Notes: generated by a model from the letters alone, not told the origin. A stretch of DNA of 64,000 nt from an uncultured Candidatus Rokubacteria bacterium (GCA_963754315.1 CAVWFS010000015.1:216458-280457), one strand, 5' to 3'; positions 10,741-21,609 are shown, numbered from the stretch's first letter. A program made the numbers and translations.

Positions 10741-12369
10741 TCAGGCTTCTTTGGCCTGCTCGCGCAGCACGAACTTCTGGATCTTCCCGGTCGACGTCTT
10801 GGGAAGTGGGCCGAAGACCACGTGCTTGGGAATCTTGTAGTGCGCGAGCTGGTCGCGGCACCAGCGGATGATCTCGTCTGCGCTCACGGGCGCCGCGTCC
10901 GGCTTGAGCGTCACGAACGCGCACGGCGTTTCGCCCCAGCGCGCATCGGGTCGGGCCACCACCGCCGCCTCCATGACGGCCGGATGCCGATAGAGGGCCT
11001 CCTCGACTTCGAGAGATGAGATGTTCTCACCGCCCGAGATGATGACATCCTTGGCCCGGTCCTTGATCTCGACGTAGCCGTCCGGATGCCACACGGCCAG
11101 ATCGCCCGTGTGGAACCAGCCGCCCCGGAAGGCTTCCTCGGTGGCCGTGGAGTTCAATAGATAGCCTTTCATGATCGTGTTGCCGCGCAGCACGATCTCG
11201 CCCATGGTGGCGCCATCCTTCGGGACCGGTTCGAGCGTGATCGGATCGGCGACCATCAGCCCCGCCAGGGTAGGATGGGCCACCCCCTGACGTGCCATCA
11301 TCCGGGCCCGCTCGTCGAGGGTGAGACCATCCCAGTCCTCCTGCCAGGCGCAGAGGGTCGCCGGGCCATAGCACTCGGTGAGCCCGTAAAGGTGCGTCAC
11401 CCGAAACCCCATTGACTCCATGGCCGCGATCACCGTGGACGGAGGCGCCGCCCCCCCGGTGGCCACTTCCACCACGTGGTCGACGCGCACCTTCACCGCG
11501 GCTGGAGCGTGAATCAGCATGGTCAGGACCACGGGCGCTCCGCACAGGTGCGTGACCCGGTGTCGCTGGATGGCCGGAAAGATAGAAGCCGGCTCGACAC
11601 GGCGGAGGCAGACGTGGGTGCCGCCCACCGCCGTGACCGCCCAGGTGTACGTCCAGCCGCTGCAGTGGAACATCGGCAAGGTCCACAGATAGACAGAGCG
11701 CGGGGACAGCCCGAAGGCCAGCGCATTGCCGAGCGCGTTCAGGTAGGCGCCGCGATGATGATAGACGACACCCTTGGGATTCCCCGTCGTTCCCGAGGTG
11801 TAGAGGAGGCAGATGGCCTGCCACTCCTCGGCCGGCTCCCGCACATCCATCGCCGGCACTCCCTCCTCCAGCAGGGCCTCGTAGTCGGTCTCGCCGAGGC
11901 GTGTTCCCGGTCCCGTATAGAGCGGATCGTCGATGTCGACCACGGGAATCTGTCGCGAGAGGAGTCCGAGCGCTTCGGCAACCGTCGAAGAGAATTCCCG
12001 ATCGGTGATCAGGAGCCGGGCCCGGCCGTGCTCCAGGATGAACGCAATCGATCGGGCGTCGAGGCGGTAGTTCAGGGGATTGAGGACGGCGCCGGTCATG
12101 GGCACACCATAGTGCGCCTCCAGCATCGGCGGCACGTTGGGGGCCATGATGGCAACCGTGTCGCCGCGCCCGATGCCGCGCCGGCTCAGTGCGGTGGCCA
12201 GGCGCAGGCAGCGTTCGTGAAACTCCCGGTAACTCAGCCGCCAGTCGCCGTGGATCACGGCGGTCTTCTTCGCATAGACAGCCGCTGCCCGCTCCAGGAA
12301 CGAGAGCGGCGTCAGCGGAACGTGATTCGCCGGCCTCTGCTCGAGATCGACATCGTAGGGATTCGCCAC
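10741..12369 (-). CDS. Acyl-CoA synthetase (AMP-forming)
   Basis: YTSGTTGNPKG, YGLTE, GWFHTGD, DRAKDVIISGGENISS, PKTSTGKIQK. Confidence 0.95.
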   Translation of the reverse strand: MANPYDVDLEQRPANHVPLTPLSFLERAAAVYAKKTAVIHGDWRLSYREFHERCLRLATALSRRGIGRGDTVAIMAPNVPPMLEAHYGVPMTGAVLNPLNYRLDARSIAFILEHGRARLLITDREFSSTVAEALGLLSRQIPVVDIDDPLYTGPGTRLGETDYEALLEEGVPAMDVREPAEEWQAICLLYTSGTTGNPKGVVYHHRGAYLNALGNALAFGLSPRSVYLWTLPMFHCSGWTYTWAVTAVGGTHVCLRRVEPASIFPAIQRHRVTHLCGAPVVLTMLIHAPAAVKVRVDHVVEVATGGAAPPSTVIAAMESMGFRVTHLYGLTECYGPATLCAWQEDWDGLTLDERARMMARQGVAHPTLAGLMVADPITLEPVPKDGATMGEIVLRGNTIMKGYLLNSTATEEAFRGGWFHTGDLAVWHPDGYVEIKDRAKDVIISGGENISSLEVEEALYRHPAVMEAAVVARPDARWGETPCAFVTLKPDAAPVSADEIIRWCRDQLAHYKIPKHVVFGPLPKTSTGKIQKFVLREQAKEA

Positions 12370-12472
12370 GTAGTCCTCCCCCGGGACGCTCGGACCCGCC
12401 CTACTCTACCGCGGGCCTCTCCTTGACGCCCGGACAGGAGCGACCTAAGGTGCCGGCAGGGAAGGAGCGGGC

Positions 12473-12511
12473 ATGGGCTTCGAGCAGATCATCTACGAGG
12501 TGCGCGATTGA
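12473..12511 (+). pseudogene. 12-codon stub MGFEQIIYEVRD resembling an enoyl-CoA hydratase N-terminus
   Basis: GGAAGGAG RBS, ATG 12473; TGA overlaps the TTG start of ndh. Confidence 0.45.
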
Positions 12512-13842
12512 CCACTCCCGCCGCGCCGGCAGTGGCCTCGGCCCATCACGTCGTCATCGTTGGCGGCGGTTTCGGCGGCCTCACCGCCGCCAAGACCTTG
12601 CGACGGGCGCCGGTCCGGGTCACCCTGCTCGACCGCCGCAACTTCCACCTGTTTCAGCCATTGCTGTACCAGGTGGCGACCGGCAATCTCTCCAATGCTC
12701 ACATTGCGTGGCCGCTCCGGGCCATTCTCCGCCGCCAGGCCAACGTCCAGGTCCTGCTGGCTGACGTACGCGACATCGATGTCGCCGGCCACCGGGTCAT
12801 CCTGGACGACGGCGGCAGCATCGAATACGACACGCTCGTGGTGGCGGCGGGGGCCAGCCACAGCTATTTCGGCCACGACGAGTGGCACGACCTCGCGCCG
12901 GGTCTGAAGTCGCTCGAGGATGCCACCGAGCTGCGCCGGCGAATCTTTCTCGCCTTCGAAACCGCCGAGCGAACGACAGATCTGGAGGCGCGCAAACGCT
13001 GGCTCACCTTCGTGATCGTCGGCGGAGGCCCTACTGGCGTCGAGATGGCTGGCGCTCTCGCTGAGATTGCCCACCACGTGCTCAAGCATGACTTCCGAAC
13101 TATCGACCCCACCCACGCCACCATCCTGGTCGTCGAGGGCGCGGACCGCTTGTTACCCCCCTTCGATCCCGGGCTCGCCGCCAAGGCGGAGCGGGCGCTC
13201 ACCGCGATGGGCGTCACCGTCAAGACGGGAGCGCTCGTCACGAACATCACCGCCACTCATGTCACGTATCGCGTCGGTCAGGCTACGGAGCAGGTGGCGG
13301 CCGGGACCGTCTTCTGGGCGGCCGGAGTTCAGGCCTCTCCGCTGGCCAAGGCGCTCGCGAAGGCGACGGGGGTCACGTTGGACCGCGCGGGACGCATAAG
13401 CGTGCAGCCCGATCTCACCATCCCCGGCAAGCCCGAGATCTTCGCGATCGGCGACATGACTCACCTCGTGGAGAACGGTCGGCCACTGCCTGGTGTGGCG
13501 CAGGTCGCCCTGCAGCAAGGCCGGCACGCGGCGAAGGTGATCGCGGCACGTCTGCATGGAGACCCGCCGCCCGGGCCCTTCCACTATGTCGATCTGGGAA
13601 GCATGGCCGTCATCGGACGAGCCGCCGCCGTCGTGCAGGCAGGTCGGATCAAGGTCTCAGGCCCACTGGCCTGGCTCGCGTGGGCCTTCATTCACGTGAT
13701 CAAGCTGATGGGAGTCGAGAACCGCCTCAAGGTGCTGATGACGTGGGCCTGGCACTACACAACGTGGAACTCGGATGGTCGCCTGATCACCGGCGGGGGT
13801 GGTCGCGAGGCCCCACGCCCGGTGTCGGACGCGACGCCGTAG
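12508..13842 (+). CDS. ndh: Type II NADH dehydrogenase (NAD(P)/FAD oxidoreductase)
   Basis: GGGFGG, HLFQPLLYQVATG, GGGPTGVEMAG, FAIGD, AQVALQQG. Confidence 0.92.
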   Translation: MTTPAAPAVASAHHVVIVGGGFGGLTAAKTLRRAPVRVTLLDRRNFHLFQPLLYQVATGNLSNAHIAWPLRAILRRQANVQVLLADVRDIDVAGHRVILDDGGSIEYDTLVVAAGASHSYFGHDEWHDLAPGLKSLEDATELRRRIFLAFETAERTTDLEARKRWLTFVIVGGGPTGVEMAGALAEIAHHVLKHDFRTIDPTHATILVVEGADRLLPPFDPGLAAKAERALTAMGVTVKTGALVTNITATHVTYRVGQATEQVAAGTVFWAAGVQASPLAKALAKATGVTLDRAGRISVQPDLTIPGKPEIFAIGDMTHLVENGRPLPGVAQVALQQGRHAAKVIAARLHGDPPPGPFHYVDLGSMAVIGRAAAVVQAGRIKVSGPLAWLAWAFIHVIKLMGVENRLKVLMTWAWHYTTWNSDGRLITGGGGREAPRPVSDATP

Positions 13843-13883
13843 ACCTACCTACTCGAATTCGACGAAATCCTGACGACAGCCCC

Positions 13884-13923
13884 CGAGCCCGAACGAGGCA
13901 GCCGGCTGTCTCGTTCGGGCTCG
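13884..13923. terminator. 40-bp near-perfect palindrome between convergent genes (bidirectional terminator or REP-like)
   Basis: CGAGCCCGAACGAGGCAGCC / GGCTGTCTCGTTCGGGCTCG with one G-T pair. Confidence 0.65.
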
Positions 13924-13932
13924 AGGCGCCGG

Positions 13933-15021
13933 TTATCCCGTGATCTCGCGTACGGTGATCTGATAGCGGAACGTCGCCGGGTCGAGGCTGTCACGTCTCC
14001 CTTCGGCCGTCTCTGCCTGTGGATACATGAGAAACGGCACCGGAGGTCCCGGCGAGTTCACGAGCTTCACATCGTGAGCGTAGTTGTAGGGAAGCCAGTT
14101 CATCTCCCACTGACCGAACAGCTTGGCCCGAGCGCGGCGGGCGATTGGATCGGTGAGCGTCAGCCCGCCCTGCTTCTCCTCGAGCACGACCTTTCTGACG
14201 TCAGCAGGATCGACGGGAACCCAGCCGAAGTCGCCCAGATACACCTCCGCCCGGCAGTGCTGAGCCCGGCTGATATCGCCACTCTTGCCCAGGCTCTTGA
14301 ACTCGACGGAATCTGCGCAGCGAACGCCGTACACGTCGCGGGCCGGCAATCCCACCGCGCGGGCGAGGCCGACGTAGAGCGCGTTGAGGTCGGCGCACTT
14401 GCCGCCGAAGTAGCGCGTCTCCAGCATGGTCTTGATGTCGCCGAGACCACACCCTCGCACCTTCGGGTCGCGGAATGTGTTCTCGACGATCCATTCGTAG
14501 ATGGCGCGGGCCTTGTCGACGTCGGATTTGGCCCCCTGGGTGATCCCTTGCGCCGTCTCGCGAACGATCCCGTCGGTCGGAATCAATTGGGTCGGCTCGA
14601 GGTATCGCGCGAGCACAGCCTTGCCCTCGCGCACGGCCCCCGTCGGCGCCTTGTCCAGGTCGATGTTGCGATCGCGCGTCGAGAACCGACTGGTGACCTC
14701 GACCGCCGGCGCCCGCTCGGTGGCTGGCCACTCGGCGTAGACCATCCCCAGATCGTACTTGCTGTCCTTGACGACCCGTGTGGTGCCGGCGTTACCCGTA
14801 AACGTGTCGCCCTGCCGCGTGAAGTAATCCGTATCGGTCAGCAAGGGCAGCGGCACCCACCCACGCGTGATGCCCGTCGGGTTCGCGACCTCGAGCTTTG
14901 TGATCACCTCGAACTTCCGCCACGCAGTCGCCGGCGCCGCTAGCACGTGGCGGGGTCTAGAACCAACTGTCAACCCTGCCCACGCACCTACCCCCGCCTT
15001 GAGAAACGTTCGGCGCTTCAT
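13933..15021 (-). CDS. Tat-exported transglutaminase-like protein
   Basis: MKRRTFLK Tat motif; Cys-His-Asp motifs GGKCADLN, AQHCRAE, WVPVDPAD. Confidence 0.9.
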   Translation of the reverse strand: MKRRTFLKAGVGAWAGLTVGSRPRHVLAAPATAWRKFEVITKLEVANPTGITRGWVPLPLLTDTDYFTRQGDTFTGNAGTTRVVKDSKYDLGMVYAEWPATERAPAVEVTSRFSTRDRNIDLDKAPTGAVREGKAVLARYLEPTQLIPTDGIVRETAQGITQGAKSDVDKARAIYEWIVENTFRDPKVRGCGLGDIKTMLETRYFGGKCADLNALYVGLARAVGLPARDVYGVRCADSVEFKSLGKSGDISRAQHCRAEVYLGDFGWVPVDPADVRKVVLEEKQGGLTLTDPIARRARAKLFGQWEMNWLPYNYAHDVKLVNSPGPPVPFLMYPQAETAEGRRDSLDPATFRYQITVREITG

Positions 15022-15174
15022 CGTTGCCCCCCTTTGCGGCATATCGCCGGACAGCGTCGACAGCCTACCGGACGCCTGGGGTGACCTTCAAATCGGATGC
15101 TGTGGGCCCAGAGTGTCTCGCCGTGAGCCCTGGGCAAGCTAGACGTGGGCGTCCGGCGGCTCTATCGTTCTCTT

Positions 15175-16065
15175 GTGATCGTGCACTTGATCGACGGGAC
15201 GTACGAGCTGTTCCGGTACTTCTACTCGCCTGGCGCCTCTGACCGCGGTAGTGGGGCTGACCTTCGAGCAGTGCGCGGCGTCGTCCAGTCGATGATCGGC
15301 GCCCTCGAGGGTGGGGCCACCCACATGGGCGTGGCCACCGATCACGTCATCGAATCGTGGCGCAATGCTCGCTGGCCGGGCTACAAGACGGGAGAGGGTA
15401 TCGATCCGCTCCTGCTCGCGCAGTTTCAACCGCTGGAGGACGCGCTGGAAGCCCTCGGCCTCGTCGTGTGGCCCATGGTGGAATTCGAGGCCGATGATGC
15501 GCTGGCCGCCGCCGCGCTCATGGCCGCGGCGGATACGAGGGTCGAGCAGGTCATCATCTGCTCGCCAGACAAGGATCTGGCCCAGTGCGTGCGCGGAGAC
15601 CACATCGTGCAGCTCGATCGCCGGACGCGCACACTGCGCAACGAATCAGGCGTGCGCGAAAAGTTCGGCGTTCCGCCCGCCTCGATCCCGGACTGGCTCG
15701 CTCTCGTGGGCGACAGCGCCGACGGGTATCCCGGTCTCCCCGGCTGGGGGCCGTCGTCGGCCAGCGCCGTGCTCGCTCGCTACCATCACCTCGAGAGCAT
15801 CCCTCGACTGGCCCACGAATGGGATATCCCCGTGCGCGGAGCGACCAGGCTGGCGACGACCCTCGCCGCCCAGCGTGAGCAAGCCATGCTGTTCCGGGAG
15901 CTCGCCACCCTGCGTCCGGATGCCGAGGTCGGGAGCGACGTGGACACCTTGCGATGGCAAGGACCACGCGCTGATTTCGCGACGTGGGCCGAGCGGCTCG
16001 GCGCTCTCGACCTTCACCACCGCGCCAGCCGGCTGGCGACCACGCGCCGAGGTGTCGCGCCCTGA
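15175..16065 (+). CDS. 5'-3' exonuclease / flap endonuclease (standalone PolI N-terminal domain)
   Basis: HLIDGTYELFR, EADDALA, SPDKDLAQ, ALVGDSADGYPGLPGWG. Confidence 0.92.
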   Translation: MIVHLIDGTYELFRYFYSPGASDRGSGADLRAVRGVVQSMIGALEGGATHMGVATDHVIESWRNARWPGYKTGEGIDPLLLAQFQPLEDALEALGLVVWPMVEFEADDALAAAALMAAADTRVEQVIICSPDKDLAQCVRGDHIVQLDRRTRTLRNESGVREKFGVPPASIPDWLALVGDSADGYPGLPGWGPSSASAVLARYHHLESIPRLAHEWDIPVRGATRLATTLAAQREQAMLFRELATLRPDAEVGSDVDTLRWQGPRADFATWAERLGALDLHHRASRLATTRRGVAP

Positions 16066-16081
16066 GCGATCCGGCGCCGAT

Positions 16082-16729
16082 CTAGGGCCGCTCGAGCTTC
16101 TTCACAGTGTCAGCGGTGGCATTGAGCGCGATGCAGTCGGTAACCGCGCGGATCATGCTCGCGGGAACTCTGGTCTCCGTCGTGAAGAGAAATCCGTGGC
16201 GCACGCGCAGGGATGTGATCCGTCCCGTCGTCTCATCGATCTCGACGGCCTCCACGTCCCCGATGCGTTCACCGTTCGTGTCGATCACCGACGTGCCGGC
16301 CGCGATGTCCGGTTCGTCCGCCTCAGCGGCAGAATCCACGTCGTGCACGAACGCGTCCGTTCCTGACACCGCGGGCGACGTTCTCTCGGACGGGAGCAGC
16401 GCCTCCGTCCAACCATCCCCACCCACCAGGAAGAAGTCGCGCTGGTCGAACCCAACGGGCATCTGCCAATGGTCAGGCATGCTCTGCAGGTGCTCCGAGT
16501 GAAACAGGTCGAGTCCTTCCAGCTCCGAGGCTCTCAGCGCGAGGCGGACCTCGTCGCCGAACGCGGCGACCTTCGCGATGGGGACCACGACCTCACGACG
16601 GTCGAACACGCCCTGATGCACCACGACCCCGGCCACCTCCCTGGACTGTGCGTGAAGGACCAGTCGGCTGACGGTGCCGACGCCCTTGCCGTTGCTGTCC
16701 ACAACGCGGGTGCCGAACGGTACAAGCAT
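16082..16729 (-). CDS. Tandem PRC-barrel domain protein
   Basis: Two repeats (GTRVVDSNGKGVGTV; GTSVIDTNGERIGDV..RHGFLF); GGAGG RBS. Confidence 0.85.
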   Translation of the reverse strand: MLVPFGTRVVDSNGKGVGTVSRLVLHAQSREVAGVVVHQGVFDRREVVVPIAKVAAFGDEVRLALRASELEGLDLFHSEHLQSMPDHWQMPVGFDQRDFFLVGGDGWTEALLPSERTSPAVSGTDAFVHDVDSAAEADEPDIAAGTSVIDTNGERIGDVEAVEIDETTGRITSLRVRHGFLFTTETRVPASMIRAVTDCIALNATADTVKKLERP

Positions 16730-16863
16730 TGACCACCTCCTGGGTTTCCCAATGGAGAGCTCGATCTGAGCGCACACATCCTAGCCGGTCGTCGCGCTCC
16801 GCTTCAACGCGCGGTTCGCGTGGATTGACACACCGCGGCGGCGACCTCTAAGATCCGGCTCGG

Positions 16864-17700
16864 ATGGGCGCGCTCGAGTTAACCCTCGTGCTGGGTGCTG
16901 CTTCGGCAGCAGCAGGGTTCCTCGGGTCACTGACGGGGCTAGGGGGCGGAGTGGTCATCGTTCCCCTGCTGACCCTCGCCTGGGGCGTCGACTTCCGCTA
17001 TGCGGTTGGCGCCTCGCTGGTCTCGGTTATCGCGACGTCCTCCGCGGCCGGGGCGTCCTATGTCAAGGATGGCTACTCCAACATCCGCGTGGGGATGCTC
17101 CTGGAGGTCGGCACCACGATTGGCGCCGTGGGGGGTGCGCTGCTCGCGACGGTGTTACCCGTGTCGATCACCACGATCGTGTTCGGCGGTGTGCTCCTGG
17201 GCTCCGCGTATTTGTCCCTGCGTAAGGGAGCCCAGGTGGAGTCGGAGGCCCCGCCCGATGCGCTCGCCACACGCCTGCACATGGACTCGAGCTATCCCAC
17301 GCCGGCCGGGCCACACCCCTACCACGTGACCCGGGTTCCCCAGGGGTGCGCTGTCATGTTCGTGGCCGGCTCCGTGTCCGGGCTGCTCGGCATAGGTTCG
17401 GGCGCCCTCAAGGTCCTCGCGATGGACCAGATCATGCGCTTGCCGTTCAAGGTCTCCACGGCCACGAGCAACTTCATGATAGGCGTCACGGCGGCCGCGA
17501 GCGCCGGCTTCTATCTGAGCCGCGGGTACATCGATCCCGCTCTCTGTATGCCCGTCATGCTGGGCGTGGTGGTCGGAGCGAGCCTCGGCAGCCGGGTCCT
17601 GGCGGGAGCCCGGACCACGATCCTTCGGCGGCTATTCGTCATCGTCCTGATCGCGCTTGGAGTGCAGATGATTTACCACGGGCTCGCCGGCTCACTCTGA
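16864..17700 (+). CDS. Sulfite exporter TauE/SafE family protein
   Basis: GSLTGLGGGVVIVP, GLLGIGSG, KVSTATSNFMIGVT. Confidence 0.92.
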   Translation: MGALELTLVLGAASAAAGFLGSLTGLGGGVVIVPLLTLAWGVDFRYAVGASLVSVIATSSAAGASYVKDGYSNIRVGMLLEVGTTIGAVGGALLATVLPVSITTIVFGGVLLGSAYLSLRKGAQVESEAPPDALATRLHMDSSYPTPAGPHPYHVTRVPQGCAVMFVAGSVSGLLGIGSGALKVLAMDQIMRLPFKVSTATSNFMIGVTAAASAGFYLSRGYIDPALCMPVMLGVVVGASLGSRVLAGARTTILRRLFVIVLIALGVQMIYHGLAGSL

Positions 17701-17702
17701 CG

Positions 17703-18083
17703 ATGCCCGCTCGCCGCGATCAGCCGCTCGAGCAGCTCGTCGGGACAATCCTGAGGATCGGCGTCATCGTCGCGTCTCTCATCACCTTGCTGGGTGGCGT
17801 TCTGTACCTCGTGAGCAGCCCCGGCCAGGTCGACTACCACACCTTCCGCGGCGAGCCGATCTTCCTGCGTCGCGTAACGAACATCGTCTCAGACGCTGCG
17901 GCCCTCGACCCCCGCGGGATCATGCAGCTCGGAATCGTGCTCCTGCTTGCCACGCCCCTGGCCCGGGTCGTGCTCTCCGCCGTGGCCTTCGCCTTCCAGC
18001 GGGACGTTCTGTACGTGGTCGTCACGCTCGCGGTCTTTTCCGTTCTTCTCTTCAGCCTCGTGGGTCCACACCTCTCTCCCTGA
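17703..18083 (+). CDS. DUF1634 membrane protein
   Basis: LRIGVIVAS, IMQLGIVLLLATPLARV; usual partner of this TauE subfamily. Confidence 0.88.
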   Translation: MPARRDQPLEQLVGTILRIGVIVASLITLLGGVLYLVSSPGQVDYHTFRGEPIFLRRVTNIVSDAAALDPRGIMQLGIVLLLATPLARVVLSAVAFAFQRDVLYVVVTLAVFSVLLFSLVGPHLSP

Positions 18084-18102
18084 AGTCCGCCCGCCTAGCT
18101 CG

Positions 18103-18534
18103 TCAGATCGACACTTCAGGGTACCGCCCCACGCTCTCCAGGTAACGATCGAAGTCGCCGAGATCCTCCTGGAGTACGCGGTAGACCTGAGCATCATCGA
18201 CTCTGGCATACACGTGCACCAGCAAGTTGCGGAAGCGGGCCATTCTGACCAGCCGGACGGTGAGCGCGCGGTCGATCACGCCGATCTCGGCGAGGACACT
18301 CATGCAGTCGGCGTAGTCTTCAGGGCTCCGGCCGCCCCGCCGTGCGGCCAGGTGGTTGCATATGTCGAGCGCCGCTTCGGCGGCCACGATCAACAGGTAC
18401 TTCGCGCTATTGATGGTGCGGGAGTCGACGAGAAAGCTCTCGCGAGATGAGCTGGCCAGTTCGCGTAGCTGGCGGACCGCATCGCGCAGGTGCCCGGCCA
18501 GCTCGCGCAGCCGGTCCAGGTTCACCTCACTCAC
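18103..18534 (-). CDS. hepT: HepT (DUF86) HEPN RNase toxin
   Basis: RNLLVHVY (Rx4HxY), EAALDICNHL; overlaps MNT gene. Confidence 0.9.
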   Translation of the reverse strand: MSEVNLDRLRELAGHLRDAVRQLRELASSSRESFLVDSRTINSAKYLLIVAAEAALDICNHLAARRGGRSPEDYADCMSVLAEIGVIDRALTVRLVRMARFRNLLVHVYARVDDAQVYRVLQEDLGDFDRYLESVGRYPEVSI

Positions 18535-18937
18535 GGAGGGCCTCCCGCAGGTACTGCCGAGCGAAGGGCAGGAAGTCGAAGTACTCGTCCCAGGTCCGCG
18601 CCCGCATCTCGTCGAGAAAATCCGCATCGCGGACGACGAGCAGCCGGCCCCTGAGCGCGTGATAGCGGAAGGCCAGCGGGGCATCGTTGAGAGCGCGCAC
18701 GTCGACCGGTCGCCTCAGGCCGAGGTGGAGCGCGACCGAGAGATCGAGGGCATAGCGATCCCGCTCGCCGGGGGCGACGCGGGAGGGGTCGACCCAGACG
18801 GCGATGTCGATGTCCCGATAGCTCTCGCCGGCGGGGAACGAGCCATGCAGGTAGGCAAACACGATCTCTCCCCGCGCCTCCAGCTCTTGCCGGATCGCCG
18901 CCGTGAGGCGTTCGCGCTCGCGGCCCTCGCTCTCCAT
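18527..18937 (-). CDS. mntA: MntA minimal nucleotidyltransferase antitoxin
   Basis: AYLHGSF..YRDIDIAV, VDVRALNDAP. Confidence 0.9.
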   Translation of the reverse strand: MESEGRERERLTAAIRQELEARGEIVFAYLHGSFPAGESYRDIDIAVWVDPSRVAPGERDRYALDLSVALHLGLRRPVDVRALNDAPLAFRYHALRGRLLVVRDADFLDEMRARTWDEYFDFLPFARQYLREALRE

Positions 18938-19039
18938 CGACCCGATGGTAGCATCCGCTCCGCGGTAGCCGCCGGCCGGCGGCGCGCCGCGGCTGATACG
19001 CCGCGATAGACGCCAAGCCCGGAGCGCGGTTATCCTGCC

Positions 19040-19166
19040 CTTGAGTTCCACGCCGGGAGGCCGGGTCGAGGCCCCCAGCAGCGGGCGTGTTCCCGAGGGG
19101 CGCCACGGGTTCCCCCGGGGCGTCCCGAGCGAAGGGGGGCTTGGGGGGCCATTTCGGGTCCCTCAA
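19040..19166. repeat. GC-rich multi-hairpin intergenic element (REP/MITE-like)
   Basis: Stems TTGGGGGGCC/GGTCCCTCAA (19141-19166) and GGGCGCCACGGG/CCCGGGGCGTCC; single copy in this window. Confidence 0.4.
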
Positions 19167-19186
19167 CATTGAAAGGAGCTAAGCTC

Positions 19187-20218
19187 ATGCAGCTCGGGAT
19201 GATCGGCCTCGGTCGGATGGGCGCCAACATGGTCCGGCGGCTCATGAAAGCTGGGCACGAGTGTGTGGTCTATGACGTGAGCCCGGCCACCGTCCAGGGG
19301 CTGGCGAAGGAAGGGGCCGCCGGAGCGTCGTCGCTTGACGACTTCGTGGCGCGGCTGAAAAAGCCCCGGGCGGTCTGGCTGATGGTGCCCGCGGCCGTGG
19401 TGGACCAAACCCTCGCGGGCTTGACCGGGAAGCTCGAGCCAGGCGACATCGTGATCGACGGGGGCAATTCGTACTACCACGATGACATTCGCCGGGCGGC
19501 GGAGCTCAAGCCGAGAAGCCTCCACTACGTCGACGTCGGAACCAGCGGAGGCGTCTGGGGCCTCGAGCGCGGCTTCTGCCTCATGATCGGGGGAGAGACG
19601 GCAATCGTCCGTCACCTCGATCCCATCTTCGCCGCCCTTGCTCCGGGCATGGGCAACATCGAGCGGACGCCAGGACGGGAGAAGGTCCAGAGCACCGCCG
19701 AGCACGGCTACCTGCACTGCGGACCGAGCGGCGCCGGCCACTTCGTGAAGATGGTCCACAACGGTATCGAGTACGGAATCATGGCCGCGTACGCCGAGGG
19801 GATGAACATCCTTCACCACGCCAACGTGGGCAAGGGCGCCCGCGCCGTCGATGCCGAGACGACCCCCCTGCGCAACCCCGAACACTATCAGTACGACCTG
19901 AACCTGCCCGACGTGGCCGAGGTGTGGCGGCGGGGCAGCGTGATCGCCTCCTGGCTCCTCGACCTCACGGCCATCGCCCTGCTGGACAGCCCGGACCTCG
20001 GCAAATTCGCCGGCCGCGTGTCCGACTCCGGCGAGGGCCGATGGACGGTCATGGCCGCCATCGACGAATCGGTGCCCGCCCCGGTGCTCAGTGCGGCCCT
20101 CTACGAGCGCTTCAGCTCCCGCAACGAGGCGGATTTCGCCAACAAGCTGCTATCGGCCATGCGCTACGAGTTCGGGGGCCATCTGGAAAAGGCTCCGGGA
20201 GCGGCCAAGGGATCGTGA
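19187..20218 (+). CDS. gnd: Decarboxylating 6-phosphogluconate dehydrogenase (short GntZ/YqeC type)
   Basis: [39 protein letters not shown]. Confidence 0.95.
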   Translation: MQLGMIGLGRMGANMVRRLMKAGHECVVYDVSPATVQGLAKEGAAGASSLDDFVARLKKPRAVWLMVPAAVVDQTLAGLTGKLEPGDIVIDGGNSYYHDDIRRAAELKPRSLHYVDVGTSGGVWGLERGFCLMIGGETAIVRHLDPIFAALAPGMGNIERTPGREKVQSTAEHGYLHCGPSGAGHFVKMVHNGIEYGIMAAYAEGMNILHHANVGKGARAVDAETTPLRNPEHYQYDLNLPDVAEVWRRGSVIASWLLDLTAIALLDSPDLGKFAGRVSDSGEGRWTVMAAIDESVPAPVLSAALYERFSSRNEADFANKLLSAMRYEFGGHLEKAPGAAKGS

Positions 20219-21609
20219 TGACCGCGCCTGTCTCCGACGCGCTCGTCTTCTTCGGCGCCACCGGAGATCTCGCGTACAAGCAGATTTTCCCCGCCCTGCA
20301 AGCGATGGCCGGGCGGGGGCACCTGACGGTTCCCGTCGTGGGAGTGGCGAAGGCCGGCTGGAATCTGGAACAGCTGCAGGCGCGCGCCCGCGAGAGCGTC
20401 GAGAAGCACGGACGACTCGATCCTGCGGCCTTTCCCAAGCTGATGAGCCTGTTACGCTACGTCGACGGCGACTATGGGGACGCCGCCACCTTCCAGGCCC
20501 TGCGAAAGACTCTGGGGACGGCTGCCCGCCCCTTGCACTACCTGGCCATTCCGCCCAGCATGTTCGCCGTGGTGGCGAAGGGTCTGGCCCAGGCTGGCCT
20601 GGCTACGAACGACGCGCGCGTCGTCGTCGAAAAGCCCTTCGGACGCGATCTCGCCTCGGCCCGGGCGCTCAACCAGGTCGTGCACCAAGTGTTTCCCGAA
20701 CGCGCGATCTTCCGGATCGACCACTATCTCGGCAAGGCGCCCGTCGAGAATCTGCTCTTCTTCCGCTTTGCCAACTCCTTCCTGGAGCCGATCTGGAATC
20801 GGCACTTCGTGGAAAGCGTCCAGATCACGATGGCCGAGGCCTTCGGCGTCGAGGGCCGGGGCCGCTTCTACGAGGAAGCCGGAGCCATCCGAGATGTCAT
20901 CCAGAACCACATGCTGCAGGTGGCTGCCCTGCTCGCCATGGAGCCCCCCATCAGCAGCGAGCCAGAATCGATCCGGGATGGCAAGGTCCGGGTGTTCGAG
21001 GCCATGCGATCATTGGACACGTCGAGTATCGTCCGTGGACAGTTCCGTGGTTATCGTCAGGAGCCGGGCGTAGCACCCGAATCCCAGGTTGAAACCTTCG
21101 CGGCGCTGCGACTCCTCGTGGACAATTGGCGCTGGGCAAACGTTCCGTTCCACATCAGGGCGGGAAAGAACCTGCCCGTCACTGCCACCGAGGTCCTGGT
21201 CCGGCTCAAGCAGCCGCCGCACGTCGTGTTCAAGAACGTCCGCCCCGGCCCCGGCAACTACTTCCGCTTTCGGCTGAGCCCTGACATCGTCATCGCGCTC
21301 GGTGCCGCCGCGCTCCACGACGCTGAGCAGCTCGACACGCAGGCGGTCGAGTTAGAGCTGACTCGCCATCCGACCGCCGATTCCATGGCGCCCTACGAGC
21401 GCCTCCTGGGTTCCGCGGCGAAGGGCGAAGCGATACTCTTTGCCCGCGAGGACGAGGTCGAGGCAGCGTGGCGTGTCGTCGACCCGATCCTCGGGAACGC
21501 CACGCCGTGTCACACCTATGAGCCCCACACGTGGGGCCCGGCCGAGGCCGAGCGGTTGGCGCCGCCTGGCGGATGGCATGCCCCGGAAGGCGCCACGGCA
21601 CATGGCTGA
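20218..21609 (+). CDS. zwf: Glucose-6-phosphate 1-dehydrogenase
   Basis: [27 protein letters not shown]. Confidence 0.96.
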   Translation: MTAPVSDALVFFGATGDLAYKQIFPALQAMAGRGHLTVPVVGVAKAGWNLEQLQARARESVEKHGRLDPAAFPKLMSLLRYVDGDYGDAATFQALRKTLGTAARPLHYLAIPPSMFAVVAKGLAQAGLATNDARVVVEKPFGRDLASARALNQVVHQVFPERAIFRIDHYLGKAPVENLLFFRFANSFLEPIWNRHFVESVQITMAEAFGVEGRGRFYEEAGAIRDVIQNHMLQVAALLAMEPPISSEPESIRDGKVRVFEAMRSLDTSSIVRGQFRGYRQEPGVAPESQVETFAALRLLVDNWRWANVPFHIRAGKNLPVTATEVLVRLKQPPHVVFKNVRPGPGNYFRFRLSPDIVIALGAAALHDAEQLDTQAVELELTRHPTADSMAPYERLLGSAAKGEAILFAREDEVEAAWRVVDPILGNATPCHTYEPHTWGPAEAERLAPPGGWHAPEGATAHG

